Virus record (IMG/VR): IMGVR_UViG_2909309443_000003
Origin: a virus
Taxonomy: Duplodnaviria > Heunggongvirae > Uroviricota > Caudoviricetes
Length of the DNA stretch: 31,051 bases
Reading direction: 5' to 3' (one strand)
Part shown: in pieces, positions 9,188 to 18,600 of the stretch
Layout: each line of letters starts with the position of its first letter
Position numbering within the stretch: the stretch's first letter is position 1
The notes under the pieces: generated by a model
The model's input: the letters and a program-made list of their open reading frames with translations, nothing else
Told to the model about the DNA's origin: nothing
Databases searched by the model: none
Translations under genes and position numbers: made by a program

Positions 9188-9792
9188 GCGTTCACTCTCA
9201 GGTTATCAATCAAATGGATGGCCGAGGCCGGGTAATATTCACCGCCGACGACAATCTCCTCGGGGGTGTAGGGGTAAACAGTCAGCGCGTCGCCGTGATA
9301 GCATCCCGCGCCGACATACAGTTCGCCGGTCGAGCTCAGACTGATAGCCAGCCCGGTCAGGTGGCGACTTGCCGGTTTGGCGTCTTCAATCAGGCGCTCA
9401 AGCTCCTGATACATTTCGTCAGTAATGCCGCTATCGAGCACGCCGACAACGAGGCGGAATGTGCCTGGCTCCTCGTTGAGCTGCCACCACTCGCGCACTT
9501 CAATCAGAAAGCCGAGCGGCTCAACCACCCGACGCAATGCGCTAATGGTGCCTTTGTGCTGATGGACGAAAAACGAGGACGCGCAGACGCTACGCTTTGT
9601 CGCCTCCGGCCATTTCTCATCCCACCTGTCGACCGACAGCGCCCACGCCAGATACGGCAGCAGTTTTACCGGGCAGGTGCGCCAGTTCCACAGAGTGCGC
9701 AGCGGTACCGGCACACGCTGAATCTCAGAGAGCGCGGCAGCGGCGGCAACCTCCAGCGGCGACGAGCCAACGGGTAATAGCCGGTCATTCAT
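9184..9792 (-). CDS. I: baseplate assembly protein I (P2 gpI family)
   Basis: 202-aa ORF between J and H, overlapping both neighbours as in P2. Confidence 0.85.
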   Translation of the reverse strand: MNDRLLPVGSSPLEVAAAAALSEIQRVPVPLRTLWNWRTCPVKLLPYLAWALSVDRWDEKWPEATKRSVCASSFFVHQHKGTISALRRVVEPLGFLIEVREWWQLNEEPGTFRLVVGVLDSGITDEMYQELERLIEDAKPASRHLTGLAISLSSTGELYVGAGCYHGDALTVYPYTPEEIVVGGEYYPASAIHLIDNLRVNA

Positions 9793-10693
9793 CCGAGCCC
9801 CCGATAGTTATCTGGTACTCGGTACAGTTCGACGCCTGCGACTTACTCAGCACTATGTCGGCCTGCGGTGATGTCAGCTCGACACGCTGCACCCCCTCAA
9901 CATGCAGCGCCGCATAAATGGCTGACAGACGGATATCACGCCCGAGGCGGTGCTGCGCGCTGATGTAGCTCTGCAACTTCTGCTCTGACGCCTGCCTGAT
10001 GGGTTCAGATTCGGGGCCGGGGTAAACGTAGATCGTCGCGTCAATCTGGTACGGCACAATCTCGGCTGACTGGACGGTCACCCGGTCAGCTACCGGGCGC
10101 ACATCTTCGGCGTTCAGCGCTTTATCAACAATCGCCAGTAGCTCAGGGCTGGCAGTGCCGTCCCCCTCACGCGATAGCACGGTAATCGTCACGCAGGCTG
10201 GCGACGGGCTGGCGACCGAAACGTCAGCGACCCGCCCGTCGGCGCTGCGGCCGTGATACTCATATGCACCGACCGGACCCGCCACGCTCAATCCCTCAAA
10301 CGCCTGTTGCGTGCGCAGTCGCAGGTCGGTATCAGATTCCATAACGGCAGGTGTCGGCGGGATGGTGGTATCATCCGCCGGGGTGATGGTCAGGCGTTCG
10401 GTATTATTGTTCCCGGCTACGACGTCGAGGTCGTTACCGGCGGAGTAGGCCAGCGTCACCGCCTGCGCGGCTTCGTTCACCCGCTGACGCCAGATAACTT
10501 CACGGTAGGCGTTTTCCTGCAGCAGCTTAACAATCGGCTCTGACTCAAGTGTGAGCGTCCGGGCAATGGCCTCCTGCTGGTCTTCGGGATAGAGCGAAAT
10601 CAGCGTCGCAATGCGTTCCGCAAGGATAGTTTCATAGTCCAGTTCCTCAACCACATCGGGAACGGGTAACTGACTCAGGTCAACGGTTGCCAT
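9785..10693 (-). CDS. J: baseplate assembly protein J (P2 gpJ family)
   Basis: 302-aa ORF following W in the order V-W-J-I-H. Confidence 0.85.
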   Translation of the reverse strand: MATVDLSQLPVPDVVEELDYETILAERIATLISLYPEDQQEAIARTLTLESEPIVKLLQENAYREVIWRQRVNEAAQAVTLAYSAGNDLDVVAGNNNTERLTITPADDTTIPPTPAVMESDTDLRLRTQQAFEGLSVAGPVGAYEYHGRSADGRVADVSVASPSPACVTITVLSREGDGTASPELLAIVDKALNAEDVRPVADRVTVQSAEIVPYQIDATIYVYPGPESEPIRQASEQKLQSYISAQHRLGRDIRLSAIYAALHVEGVQRVELTSPQADIVLSKSQASNCTEYQITIGGSDE

Positions 10694-10699
10694 AGTGAT

Positions 10700-11047
10700 T
10701 TAACTCAGTGAAACAGTGGTTGAAACTGACGCACCGGTATCGGTACGCATCCCGGTAATATCGACATACATTTCGCCAGCGTCGCCGGTCTCAAAGTTGA
10801 TGGAGGTAAGCCTGATGCGCGGCTCCCACTTCTGGATAGCCGAATAGCACGCCACCATAATTTGCAGCCTGAGCGCCGGGTTTTGCGGCATATCAATCAG
10901 CGCCGACAGAAGCGAGCCATATTCACGGCGCATCACCCGCGAGCCGACCGGCGTCAGCAGTATGTCGCGCATGCTCTGGCTGATGTGCTCAGTGTCGCTG
11001 ATGCCGAGGCCGGTATTTCGGTTCATACCCTGATAGCGCGCCGTCAT
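10700..11047 (-). CDS. W: baseplate wedge protein W (gp25-like, P2 gpW family)
   Basis: 115-aa ORF (MTARYQGMNRNTGLGISDTEHISQSMRDILLTPVGSRVMRREYGS...) downstream of V. Confidence 0.85.
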   Translation of the reverse strand: MTARYQGMNRNTGLGISDTEHISQSMRDILLTPVGSRVMRREYGSLLSALIDMPQNPALRLQIMVACYSAIQKWEPRIRLTSINFETGDAGEMYVDITGMRTDTGASVSTTVSLS

Positions 11048-11679
11048 AACGGTGCCCCCGTTTGCCCGCCGCTGTCGCCTGGGTGTTTATGGGTGTGGAG
11101 TACCTTGCCATTAGACGACAGTGACCCGCCGGTATGTTCGATATTGCCGCTCATCTTGCCGCCTTTTTGTACCTCAAGCGTCGCTGTCGTCAGCTTATTG
11201 GTGCAAATCACCTCCGGGGTGTCGAGGGTGATACTGGTCGAGGCTTTCACCAGTACCAGCGGTACGGTTGCAGTGATGGACTCCGATGCCGTCACGTCGG
11301 CAGTTTTGATACCGCTGGCCGTCAGCGCGCCGGCCTCGGGCTCGTACTCAATGACCGCACCATCAGGGAAAGCCACATGCCACGCATCCGCCGAGGCAGA
11401 CGGGGCGGGGTTATCGTCGGAGAAAATACCCGGCAGCACGAAAGCGGTATCAAGCTCGCCACCGATTGCCAGCAGCAGAACCTGCTCACCGACCGAGGGA
11501 GCCCACCACGTCCGCGAACGACCGGCTCGGGTGGTCAGCCAGTTCAGCCATGTAGTCTGGATCCCGCCGCTTTGTACACGGCACAGCCCCTGCACGGTAT
11601 CGACCTCAGTCACCACCCCTGTGCGAATGAGGTTGCGTATTGCACGGGCAAGCTCTTGAATGATATTTGATGTATTCAT
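11044..11679 (-). CDS. V: baseplate spike protein V (P2 gpV family)
   Basis: 211-aa ORF, first gene of the V-W-J-I-H-G block; stop overlaps the W start. Confidence 0.85.
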   Translation of the reverse strand: MNTSNIIQELARAIRNLIRTGVVTEVDTVQGLCRVQSGGIQTTWLNWLTTRAGRSRTWWAPSVGEQVLLLAIGGELDTAFVLPGIFSDDNPAPSASADAWHVAFPDGAVIEYEPEAGALTASGIKTADVTASESITATVPLVLVKASTSITLDTPEVICTNKLTTATLEVQKGGKMSGNIEHTGGSLSSNGKVLHTHKHPGDSGGQTGAPL

Positions 11680-11766
11680 TATGTAAGCATGCCGCTTCTT
11701 TTCATTGCAGACAAAACTTCGGGATTGGAAAGGGGCTCACACAGCAAGACACTTTCAAAGATCTGA

Positions 11767-11794
11767 TTGACACGCATCATTGGGCACGTAAAAA
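11767..11794 (+). promoter_or_regulatory. candidate sigma70 promoter of the cargo gene (TTGACA, 16-bp spacer, TAAAAA)
   Basis: Perfect -35 hexamer TTGACA at 11767-11772 and an AT-rich -10 at 11789-11794, about 40 bp upstream of the ATG at 11833. Confidence 0.5.
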
Positions 11795-11832
11795 TCATCA
11801 ATCCCATTTAATCTGAATGCATTAAAAATAGA

Positions 11833-12708
11833 ATGACTTTTAAATCTTTCGCTGCTGCAGCAATGAACAAAATTGATGCCATAAAACCAATAATACAATC
11901 CTTATGCAAAATGAAGCACGTGTTTATTATTTTTATTTTATATGCATTTGGCGTAACACTTGCCTCTATACACTATGGTAATTACAATGATTCATTCCTG
12001 TCTGGGTTCCTAATAAATGCAAATTCATCCATTTTGGATTTTTTTGTATTAGGTGTCATCCTTTATTGCTTTGAATACAGAAGACAAAACAAAGAAACGA
12101 TTAATGAACTTCTTGAGGATTTGGGAAACTTAGCTAAGCACGTTAATGTTGATTTGAAAATACAAAAAATAAAAATAATAAGACAGCTCAACAATAAAGG
12201 TGTCTTCAATATAGACATACCCAGAATGGAGTTGGGTGACCTTTTTACCATTAAATACTTACACTTTAAAACCTCAGAACTATCTGGGTTAAATATGGAA
12301 AAATCTAACATAAGAGACTGTTCTTTCACTGGATGTACAATCCAGGCATTAAATATTAGCAAGAGCAAAATGAAAAACGTAAAATTTATAAAGTGTAAAA
12401 TAAAAAATATTAAAGCTCAGGATTCAAAGTTAAACGGTGTTATTTTTGAAGGCTGCTATTTATATGGTGGGGATTTTTCCAATGCGGAAATGAAAAGTTG
12501 CGTACTCAGAGAGTGTGATTTGGATAAAGTGGAATACACCAATGCAAACCTTAGAAATGCCAACATAATCGATGCAAAAAATATTGACGTGAACAAACTT
12601 ATAGAAGCTAATACACTAGACTATATAGACTGTGATAGTGAAATAGAAAGACAAATCCTATCATCCAGACCAAACACGAAATTTACTAAACGATATTTAC
12701 GAGGCTAG
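11833..12708 (+). CDS. membrane-anchored pentapeptide-repeat protein (AT-rich cargo gene at the S/V junction)
   Basis: 291-aa ORF, opposite strand to the flanking late genes and visibly AT-rich. Two predicted TM helices (about residues 29-48 and 56-80). Residues about 162-255 form roughly 18 consecutive pentads with a hydrophobic residue at position 4 (NANLR, NANII, ECDLD, SCVLR, GGDFS). Confidence 0.7.
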   Translation: MTFKSFAAAAMNKIDAIKPIIQSLCKMKHVFIIFILYAFGVTLASIHYGNYNDSFLSGFLINANSSILDFFVLGVILYCFEYRRQNKETINELLEDLGNLAKHVNVDLKIQKIKIIRQLNNKGVFNIDIPRMELGDLFTIKYLHFKTSELSGLNMEKSNIRDCSFTGCTIQALNISKSKMKNVKFIKCKIKNIKAQDSKLNGVIFEGCYLYGGDFSNAEMKSCVLRECDLDKVEYTNANLRNANIIDAKNIDVNKLIEANTLDYIDCDSEIERQILSSRPNTKFTKRYLRG

Positions 12709-12747
12709 GGAATCGAACCACTAAAGAAAGATTAAAATCTTCCTTGA

Positions 12748-12773
12748 CGCCAGTCGCACTCTATTGACTGGCG
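12748..12773. terminator. hairpin between convergent cargo gene and S (possible bidirectional terminator)
   Basis: CGCCAGTC, a 10-nt loop, then GACTGGCG (8-bp stem, extendable to 9-10). No strong U-tract on either strand, so terminator function is uncertain. Confidence 0.3.
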
Positions 12774-12825
12774 TTAGGGTGCACTCTAGTTGTCAAATTG
12801 TCAAGAGTTAGCATGCTTTTGTTAA

Positions 12826-13281
12826 TTAACCATTTCTAATAGCTCCGATTATTAGCTTCTCAACAAGCAGTTCATCGTCCCGGGTGAAACCGAACAACGG
12901 GCGTGCCTCGTACTGCACATCCCGGCTGTTGCGGTTTGGCCGGTCTTTGAGGCCGTACTGATGCACCCGCGCCATGCGCTGTACCTTGTCGGTAAACTCC
13001 ACCACTGCCGCACTGTCGCTGCCTTTGGCTTTCATAAAGCGGTTAGTGCTGCGCAGTTTGGCGAACATTTCGCGCCTGATACGGCCTCTCTTGCTCCGCA
13101 CCGGCTGGCGCTTTCTGGCGGCATACGGGGTGCCGTCAGGTGCCTGCTGGCGCTTAATGCGCTGTTGCTGACTGGCGCGCAGTTTTTTTGCAATGTCAGC
13201 CGCCATTTGCCGACGCGCCGCCGGTGACAGGCTGGCAATCAGACCGGCAAGACGTTCCTGTAGCGCGGTTAACTCACTCAT
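12826..13281 (-). CDS. S: tail completion protein S (P2 gpS family)
   Basis: 151-aa ORF downstream of R, last gene of the R-S block. Confidence 0.85.
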   Translation of the reverse strand: MSELTALQERLAGLIASLSPAARRQMAADIAKKLRASQQQRIKRQQAPDGTPYAARKRQPVRSKRGRIRREMFAKLRSTNRFMKAKGSDSAAVVEFTDKVQRMARVHQYGLKDRPNRNSRDVQYEARPLFGFTRDDELLVEKLIIGAIRNG

Positions 13282-13750
13282 CCCACTTACTCACCAGTTC
13301 GCCATTAACGTACAGCTCGACCGGGCGCGTCACCGGCTCAGGCAGCGGCGGCTCTGGGGCATAGCTGACATGCAGCGCGCCGTCGACCTCTTTGACGAGC
13401 GTGCGCTCGGTGAGCCTCAGGCTGATACTGATATCGAGCGAATCGTCGTTATTGATATCAATAATCCAGGTGAATCCTTTTTCCCGCCCGTCGTCGGTGG
13501 TCATAATGTCCGGCTGATGTTCACGCAGCCACGCCTGCACTGGCACGAATATCAAATCGAGGTCGCCGGTAAAGTCGGTCACCACCATGTTAAGCACGTA
13601 CACCTTTTCAAACGACAGCGAGCTCGCCAGTCGGGAATCGATATGCCCGTTGTCGGCGAAAAGACGCAGCATATCGGGGTTGTTTCTGAGCTGGGGTACA
13701 GCGTTAATCAGCGCCTTGCGCAGGCTTTTGTGCTTCTGCATCGAGTTCAT
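13274..13750 (-). CDS. R: tail completion protein R (P2 gpR family)
   Basis: 158-aa ORF following the lysis genes; overlaps the S start. Confidence 0.85.
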   Translation of the reverse strand: MNSMQKHKSLRKALINAVPQLRNNPDMLRLFADNGHIDSRLASSLSFEKVYVLNMVVTDFTGDLDLIFVPVQAWLREHQPDIMTTDDGREKGFTWIIDINNDDSLDISISLRLTERTLVKEVDGALHVSYAPEPPLPEPVTRPVELYVNGELVSKWDE

Positions 13751-13994
13751 CCTGACAGTGTTTGACGGTTTTGACCTGCAGCGCGCAGGCAGTCAGCGCG
13801 CCCTCAAGACGGCGGATATCCGCGCTCAGGTCACCATTGGTTTTCGGGTCACTGCCCGGCATCGGGCAAAGGCTCACCCTCGGGCATCCGCTGACCACAA
13901 TCACCGGCGCTGGCGCAGGCGGGTCGGGTGTGCAACCGACGCACAACATCAGGTAAAGCAGCGTTATACCAGCGGCGAAAGGCTTCATTTTCAT
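13704..13994 (-). CDS. lysC: o-spanin (Rz1-like outer-membrane lipoprotein, P2 LysC-like)
   Basis: 96-aa ORF starting inside lysB in another frame and extending beyond it. N-terminal signal with a Cys-containing lipobox-like segment (LMLCVGC) and a Pro-rich stretch. Confidence 0.65.
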   Translation of the reverse strand: MKMKPFAAGITLLYLMLCVGCTPDPPAPAPVIVVSGCPRVSLCPMPGSDPKTNGDLSADIRRLEGALTACALQVKTVKHCQDELDAEAQKPAQGAD

Positions 13995-14262
13995 TAAGTA
14001 ACCTCGTTATTGATTGCTCGCGGCGGCTGGCTTCCTCGCTGGCCTTTGCGAGCTGTTCACGCAGTGCCACCTGCGCAGATTCATTACGTCTGGCAAGCTG
14101 ACCGGCAACACTGAGCTGATTTTTCAGCATGCCAATCGTCGTCTTTTGTTCGCTCGCGACGCGGTTTGCTGTCTCAAAGGAGCGGGATAAATTGCCGTTC
14201 TCATGGCGCAACCACAACATCCCGAGCACAGTCAGCACCAGAAGTGTAATCAGGATTTTCAT
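13849..14262 (-). CDS. lysB: i-spanin (Rz-like, P2 LysB-like)
   Basis: Track ORF trimmed to the ATG at 14262 (MKILITLLVLTVLGMLWL...), which overlaps the K stop as ATGA. N-terminal TM anchor followed by a charged coiled-coil region. Confidence 0.75.
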   Translation of the reverse strand: MKILITLLVLTVLGMLWLRHENGNLSRSFETANRVASEQKTTIGMLKNQLSVAGQLARRNESAQVALREQLAKASEEASRREQSITRLLNENEAFRRWYNAALPDVVRRLHTRPACASAGDCGQRMPEGEPLPDAGQ

Positions 14263-14756
14263 TCCATTACCCCGCCAGCGGTGCGCCATACGGTGACCAG
14301 TTTGTCGAGGCTGTGCTCACGTTGGCCGTAACCGGCACCCGGTAACGACGCCCAGATATTGCGGCACCGTGAAATTGCCCGCTCAATACGCCCCGCCTTA
14401 ATATCCTCAATGGCACCGCGTTCGCGGATTAACTGAATCGCAAGTTTGTCCTGCGACAACGGGCTGAAATCAGGCAATGCGAGTTGTTTCTGATAGTGCG
14501 GCCAGTAGAGATAAAGCTGCTGGTAACGCCCTGATGCCGTGGATTTTTCGCCGCGTCGATTAAACACTTTCGCTGGTCTGCCATGTGCGAAAGGGTGGTC
14601 GGTGTAGTCGGTGAAAATTTCCGGCTTGCCATCAAGGCCAGTGACAATGACGTCGTAACCACGATTTTTCGTCAGCGGATGCGTCGCCGTCCCTTCGGAA
14701 TAGGCCAGCATGTCCAGAAATGCGGCGATATTCTGGTGAGTATTAATGATCGGCAT
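14259..14756 (-). CDS. K: endolysin (P2 gpK family lysozyme)
   Basis: Track ORF 14259-14987 trimmed to the ATG at 14756 (MPIINTHQNIAAFLDMLAYSEGT...), 165 aa; lies between holin and spanins. Confidence 0.85.
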   Translation of the reverse strand: MPIINTHQNIAAFLDMLAYSEGTATHPLTKNRGYDVIVTGLDGKPEIFTDYTDHPFAHGRPAKVFNRRGEKSTASGRYQQLYLYWPHYQKQLALPDFSPLSQDKLAIQLIRERGAIEDIKAGRIERAISRCRNIWASLPGAGYGQREHSLDKLVTVWRTAGGVME

Positions 14757-15039
14757 CGCTATCCCCCTGTTGTGACTTAAAGCGGCGCTGAATGGCGATT
14801 TCCACCACCTGATAACCTGCAATGCCGAGCATGGATCCAATCCCACAAACGGCAGGCAGTGACATATCTGGAAACTGCACCAGAACAACACCGGCGACCA
14901 TTGAAACAAAACCGCCGAGCAGCATGCGGCCGATAAACAGGCGCGGGGTAATGGGCTCACCACCCGCCAGCACTTTTCCGACAACAATCATCACGCCAAT
15001 CACAAACAGTGACAGGACGCCTTTTTCCCCTTCTGTCAT
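14743..15039 (-). CDS. Y: holin (P2 gpY family)
   Basis: 98-aa ORF with hydrophobic TM segments and a charged C-terminus, immediately upstream of the endolysin. Confidence 0.8.
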   Translation of the reverse strand: MTEGEKGVLSLFVIGVMIVVGKVLAGGEPITPRLFIGRMLLGGFVSMVAGVVLVQFPDMSLPAVCGIGSMLGIAGYQVVEIAIQRRFKSQQGDSDADH

Positions 15040-15042
15040 GGT

Positions 15043-15246
15043 TTACTCCCAAAGGTTGATAGTTTCTGTTACGGGTGACGATGCCACGTCGGGCAGGTCA
15101 ATCGCCGTGCCATGCGGCAGAATGACGCCCAGCTCAGACAGACCGGGATTAGCCTGCAGCACCGTCTCGACCACGCCCTCAGTGCGCCCGTAATACCGGG
15201 CGCAAAGCGCGTCGAGGGTGTCGCCCTGCATCGCGTAGACTTTCAT
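15043..15246 (-). CDS. X: tail protein X (P2 gpX family)
   Basis: Track ORF trimmed to the ATG at 15246 (MKVYAMQGDTLDALCARYYG...), 67 aa, overlapping the L stop. Confidence 0.75.
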   Translation of the reverse strand: MKVYAMQGDTLDALCARYYGRTEGVVETVLQANPGLSELGVILPHGTAIDLPDVASSPVTETINLWE

Positions 15247-15755
15247 CAGAGCTGACCCACGATGCAGCGCGGCTTGTCCTGCAGACGCGAGACCGACCAG
15301 CGCATATCCCGCCACAGGTCATCAATGGTGGTTTCGACGCTGTCGGCTTTTTTGTCACCCTTGCCCGTGGCCTCAACCCCGCGATAACGCTCATACAGGG
15401 TGGCGGTCGCCATCGCCGTCACGGCGCTGAGGTAGTGGAAAACGCGCACATTCTCGCCGTCGATTTCCTCGGCGTCAGGCACGTCGGCCAGTGTCTTAAA
15501 CCCTGCGGCAATCTGGCGCAGCCGGTAGTCGTAAAGCTCCGCATTGGTTTCCGCCATGCCGGTCTTGATGGCGTTGCGCAGGCGCGCATCGGAAACCGTC
15601 TGCTCAAGGCGCATCAGTTCGCGCACCCGCTTCGGATCCACATCAGGGAAAAAGAACGTGTTTTTAATCACTGCGTCGCCCGTCTCCGGTGCGGGAATCA
15701 CCACGCCCGGTACGTCCTGCGGTTCGTCGGGCTGATTCAGTATTACTGTCGTCAT
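15246..15755 (-). CDS. L: head completion/stabilisation protein (P2 gpL family)
   Basis: 169-aa ORF following M in the order O-N-M-L. Confidence 0.85.
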   Translation of the reverse strand: MTTVILNQPDEPQDVPGVVIPAPETGDAVIKNTFFFPDVDPKRVRELMRLEQTVSDARLRNAIKTGMAETNAELYDYRLRQIAAGFKTLADVPDAEEIDGENVRVFHYLSAVTAMATATLYERYRGVEATGKGDKKADSVETTIDDLWRDMRWSVSRLQDKPRCIVGQL

Positions 15756-15848
15756 GACAACCTCATTAGGTTGGGCGGTGGACGCCGGTCGCCGTCAGGG
15801 TCAAAACCTGCTTTGACCGGCGTGCCGCCCGGCTCGGGGAGCGTTCAG

Positions 15849-16598
15849 TTAACCGGCGGTTTTTACCGCCTTTGGTGGACGCCCGCGCTTTGCCGCCGGT
15901 TTGTTGGCAGGTTTGCGCGTGCGCGGTTTAGTCGTTTTACGGGGCGCGGCCTCTGGCTTTGGCTTCAATGCCCGTTCCAGTCGCTCAATCTCCTTGCGCA
16001 CACCGGCATTGCGGTCGAGCTGCATCGCGCGCTGAAACTGCGCCAGCGCCTCTGCATTCATACCGGCATCACGCAGGGTCAGGCCTGTCACCTTATGCAG
16101 ACGGGCGCGCACCATATCGGGAACGTCAGCGCCGTCGGTCAGGTCGATAGTGGTCTGCAGCCAGGAAAGGTCGACAGACTCACCGGCATCGCGCAGGCGC
16201 TGCGCAGCAAGCGCCACTTCCTCAACCAGCATGTAAGGTGTTGTGCGGCGGTGGTCAGAGGTGAGGCCGTATTTCAGCGCGTACGGGGCAATTTCCAGCG
16301 CGCCAGCGATATCACCGGCATCGAGACGCCACAGCATGACGGTCATGACAATGTCATCCTGCGCACCACGGCCATCAGCCAGCACACCGGCGACCCACGG
16401 CGCATAGAACGGCAGCAGCTCGCGCTTTTTCTCGGCTTTACGTTCGTTTGAACGGATGTTTTTTAACGTGCGGCGGTCATCGGCCAGCTTAACCAGCATC
16501 TGCTCATAGGCGGTTGCATGGCGCAGCGGGGCTTGCTCCCGCTGCGCGGCTTGAGAGGCCGAGACCCGCATCATGTGACGCTGTGCGGGGCTCGTCAT
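15849..16598 (-). CDS. M: terminase small (endonuclease) subunit (P2 gpM family)
   Basis: 249-aa ORF with a basic Lys/Arg/Pro-rich C-terminus, downstream of the capsid gene N. Confidence 0.85.
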   Translation of the reverse strand: MTSPAQRHMMRVSASQAAQREQAPLRHATAYEQMLVKLADDRRTLKNIRSNERKAEKKRELLPFYAPWVAGVLADGRGAQDDIVMTVMLWRLDAGDIAGALEIAPYALKYGLTSDHRRTTPYMLVEEVALAAQRLRDAGESVDLSWLQTTIDLTDGADVPDMVRARLHKVTGLTLRDAGMNAEALAQFQRAMQLDRNAGVRKEIERLERALKPKPEAAPRKTTKPRTRKPANKPAAKRGRPPKAVKTAG

Positions 16599-16601
16599 GG
16601 T

Positions 16602-17669
16602 TTAGGCTCCGCTTTCCGGTGCTGCAGGTGCGGTGAAATCGCCCAGGGTGATGTTTTCCAGCAGGCACCCGGCGGCATACGCCTCGACCACATAGTCGAT
16701 ATTCATCGACTCGTAGTTTTCAACGCGGTCTTTTTTCGGGTTTTCATCAATGCTGCGGCGGTGACTCTCATCCATGAAATAGATAGATAGGTTTTCCAGC
16801 GTGGTCACTAACACGGCATTCGCCGGGAAGTACGGCACACGCACAGCAGGCAGGTTGCCGATTCGCTTCTGGCTGATGATGATATCTGCCGCAAGCGCCT
16901 CGCTGTTTTCCTGCGGCTTGTTCACCAGCGGGAAATATTTGTCGGCCAGCAGCTTACGGCCAACGATGGCAACGAGTTTCGGGTCATCCTGATAAACCTC
17001 GTCAATCAGGTTGTTGGTGGCGTCCATCACCAGCGCGTCGAGGTTCTCATAGTCGCCGTTTCGACCTACACGAATCACTGCTGAAACGACCTTACCGTCA
17101 GCGTCGGTGATGTTGCTCATCACGCGCGTCGGGGCTTCATTGCGGTATTTCTGCAGCCAGCCGACGGCCACATCCTGCAGCATCGGATTTTTGGTGCGGT
17201 CAGAGGTGGCGGCGCGGGTGGTACCGTTAAAACCGGCCATGATGAAATCCAGTGCCTGACGTTTGACAATGGCGTCGCGGATGCGGCGCTGGAAGTCCTG
17301 AAAACGCGCCCACAGGTCGAGGGTTTTATATTTCAGATGGAAGTCAAAATTAATTTGGTCGCACTCGTACTTGTTGGACTCAAGCGCGGTGAAGTCGGCG
17401 GTCTTACGCTCATCATCGCCCGAGGTGTCGGTCGTGCTGGCGATAGTACCGGTCACACCGACGCCGATTTTCTCACCCTTCATTTCTGCGACCGGCAGAA
17501 TATTAATCGTCTGCAGAAACGCGGATGACTCCTGCACTTTGTTCATCAGTGTTTGCGTGACGGACGGCTCGACGGTGAATTTTTTACTGACGTCATCAGT
17601 GCTGATGCCGTTTAGCTCAGCGACGCGGGTCAGATAGGCATTGAACTTAAAACGGGTATCCGGGCGCAT
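16602..17669 (-). CDS. N: major capsid protein (P2 gpN family)
   Basis: 355-aa ORF (MRPDTRFKFNAYLTRVAELNGIS...) downstream of the scaffold gene. Confidence 0.9.
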   Translation of the reverse strand: MRPDTRFKFNAYLTRVAELNGISTDDVSKKFTVEPSVTQTLMNKVQESSAFLQTINILPVAEMKGEKIGVGVTGTIASTTDTSGDDERKTADFTALESNKYECDQINFDFHLKYKTLDLWARFQDFQRRIRDAIVKRQALDFIMAGFNGTTRAATSDRTKNPMLQDVAVGWLQKYRNEAPTRVMSNITDADGKVVSAVIRVGRNGDYENLDALVMDATNNLIDEVYQDDPKLVAIVGRKLLADKYFPLVNKPQENSEALAADIIISQKRIGNLPAVRVPYFPANAVLVTTLENLSIYFMDESHRRSIDENPKKDRVENYESMNIDYVVEAYAAGCLLENITLGDFTAPAAPESGA

Positions 17670-17745
17670 AGTATTTCCTGTTTGAATTTATCGGTTAGTC
17701 ACTGCATCGGGCGGGGATGCCGCCCGGTTTCTGGTCTGCGGTTTA

Positions 17746-18600
17746 TCAGCAGTCGGTCAGCAGCTCATCGCCACCACCGCCGCTGGCTTTCGTGCGTCGC
17801 GGCTGGCTGAAACTTTCGGTTTTATCGAGGGTGGTTTTCAGGTCGGAAAATGCCTGGCTGGTTTCTTCAACCTTGCCGGTCAGTTCCTGTTTGAAAGTGG
17901 CAAACGCGGTTTCCATAGCGGAAAGGCGCTCGTCCTGTTTTGTCAGGTTGGTTTGCACATGTTCGCTGACGGTGGTCACCGCTTCATGCACATCATTCAG
18001 GCGCGCATCGTCGCTGACCTGCTTACGGCTGAAAATGGCTTTCACCTTATCGGCCAGGCTGTTGAGCACCGTGTCGGGAACGTCTTCAAACTCCAGCTCG
18101 GCCAGAGTGGCAGCGGAAAAGACGTTTTCAGGGTTGGTCTTAAAGCGCTGCAGCGGGTTGTGCTTCGCGTTGCGGCAGAATTCGAGGTATTCAGTGCCGA
18201 GGCTCGCCGGGTCATCGGTGACAGCAAGGCCGACGAGGTAGCATTTGCCGGTATTGGCAAAATTCGGCTGAATTTCCATTGAGGTGTAGACCTTCTGCAA
18301 TTTTTTATTCATCGCAATCAGGTCGTCGGTTGGGGTGATTCTGGCGAACAACGCCCATTTGCCGTTAAGCGCAGAATCGTCGTCAATTATTTCAGCTTTC
18401 AGTTCAACCACATCGCCTAAGCGTTTGAAGTCGCCATCAGGAAAGAGACCGCGAATATGCTCAAGGTTAATGCGGCAACCGTAGACGCGAGGGTCAAACG
18501 ATTCGGCCATTTCCTGAATATCGTTGCCGCTGATAATGCGGCCGTCGCAGGTGTCACCCTCGACGCCGATGCGAAAGAATTTTGAGACTTTTTTTGCCAT
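17746..18600 (-). CDS. O: capsid scaffolding protein (P2 gpO family)
   Basis: 284-aa ORF, first gene of the leftward O-N-M-L operon, divergent from P. Confidence 0.85.
   Translation of the reverse strand: MAKKVSKFFRIGVEGDTCDGRIISGNDIQEMAESFDPRVYGCRINLEHIRGLFPDGDFKRLGDVVELKAEIIDDDSALNGKWALFARITPTDDLIAMNKKLQKVYTSMEIQPNFANTGKCYLVGLAVTDDPASLGTEYLEFCRNAKHNPLQRFKTNPENVFSAATLAELEFEDVPDTVLNSLADKVKAIFSRKQVSDDARLNDVHEAVTTVSEHVQTNLTKQDERLSAMETAFATFKQELTGKVEETSQAFSDLKTTLDKTESFSQPRRTKASGGGGDELLTDC

Noticed and set aside
11680-11832. Late promoter PV upstream of V
   Set aside because: Expected here by analogy with P2, but I could not find a convincing TGT-N12-ACA activator site, so it is not annotated.
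12709-12719. tRNA T-loop-like 11-mer (GGTTCGATTCC on the minus strand) after the cargo gene stop
   Set aside because: No flanking acceptor stem, CCA end or other tRNA arms; probably a chance match.
14757-14987. 77-codon N-terminal extension of the endolysin ORF
   Set aside because: Cys/Trp-rich extension overlaps the holin gene in another frame; the conserved endolysin begins at MPIINTHQ.
15435-16451. 338-aa plus-strand ORF antisense to genes L and M
   Set aside because: Lies entirely opposite two well-supported late genes in GC-rich DNA; Arg/Gly/His-rich low-complexity translation typical of shadow ORFs.
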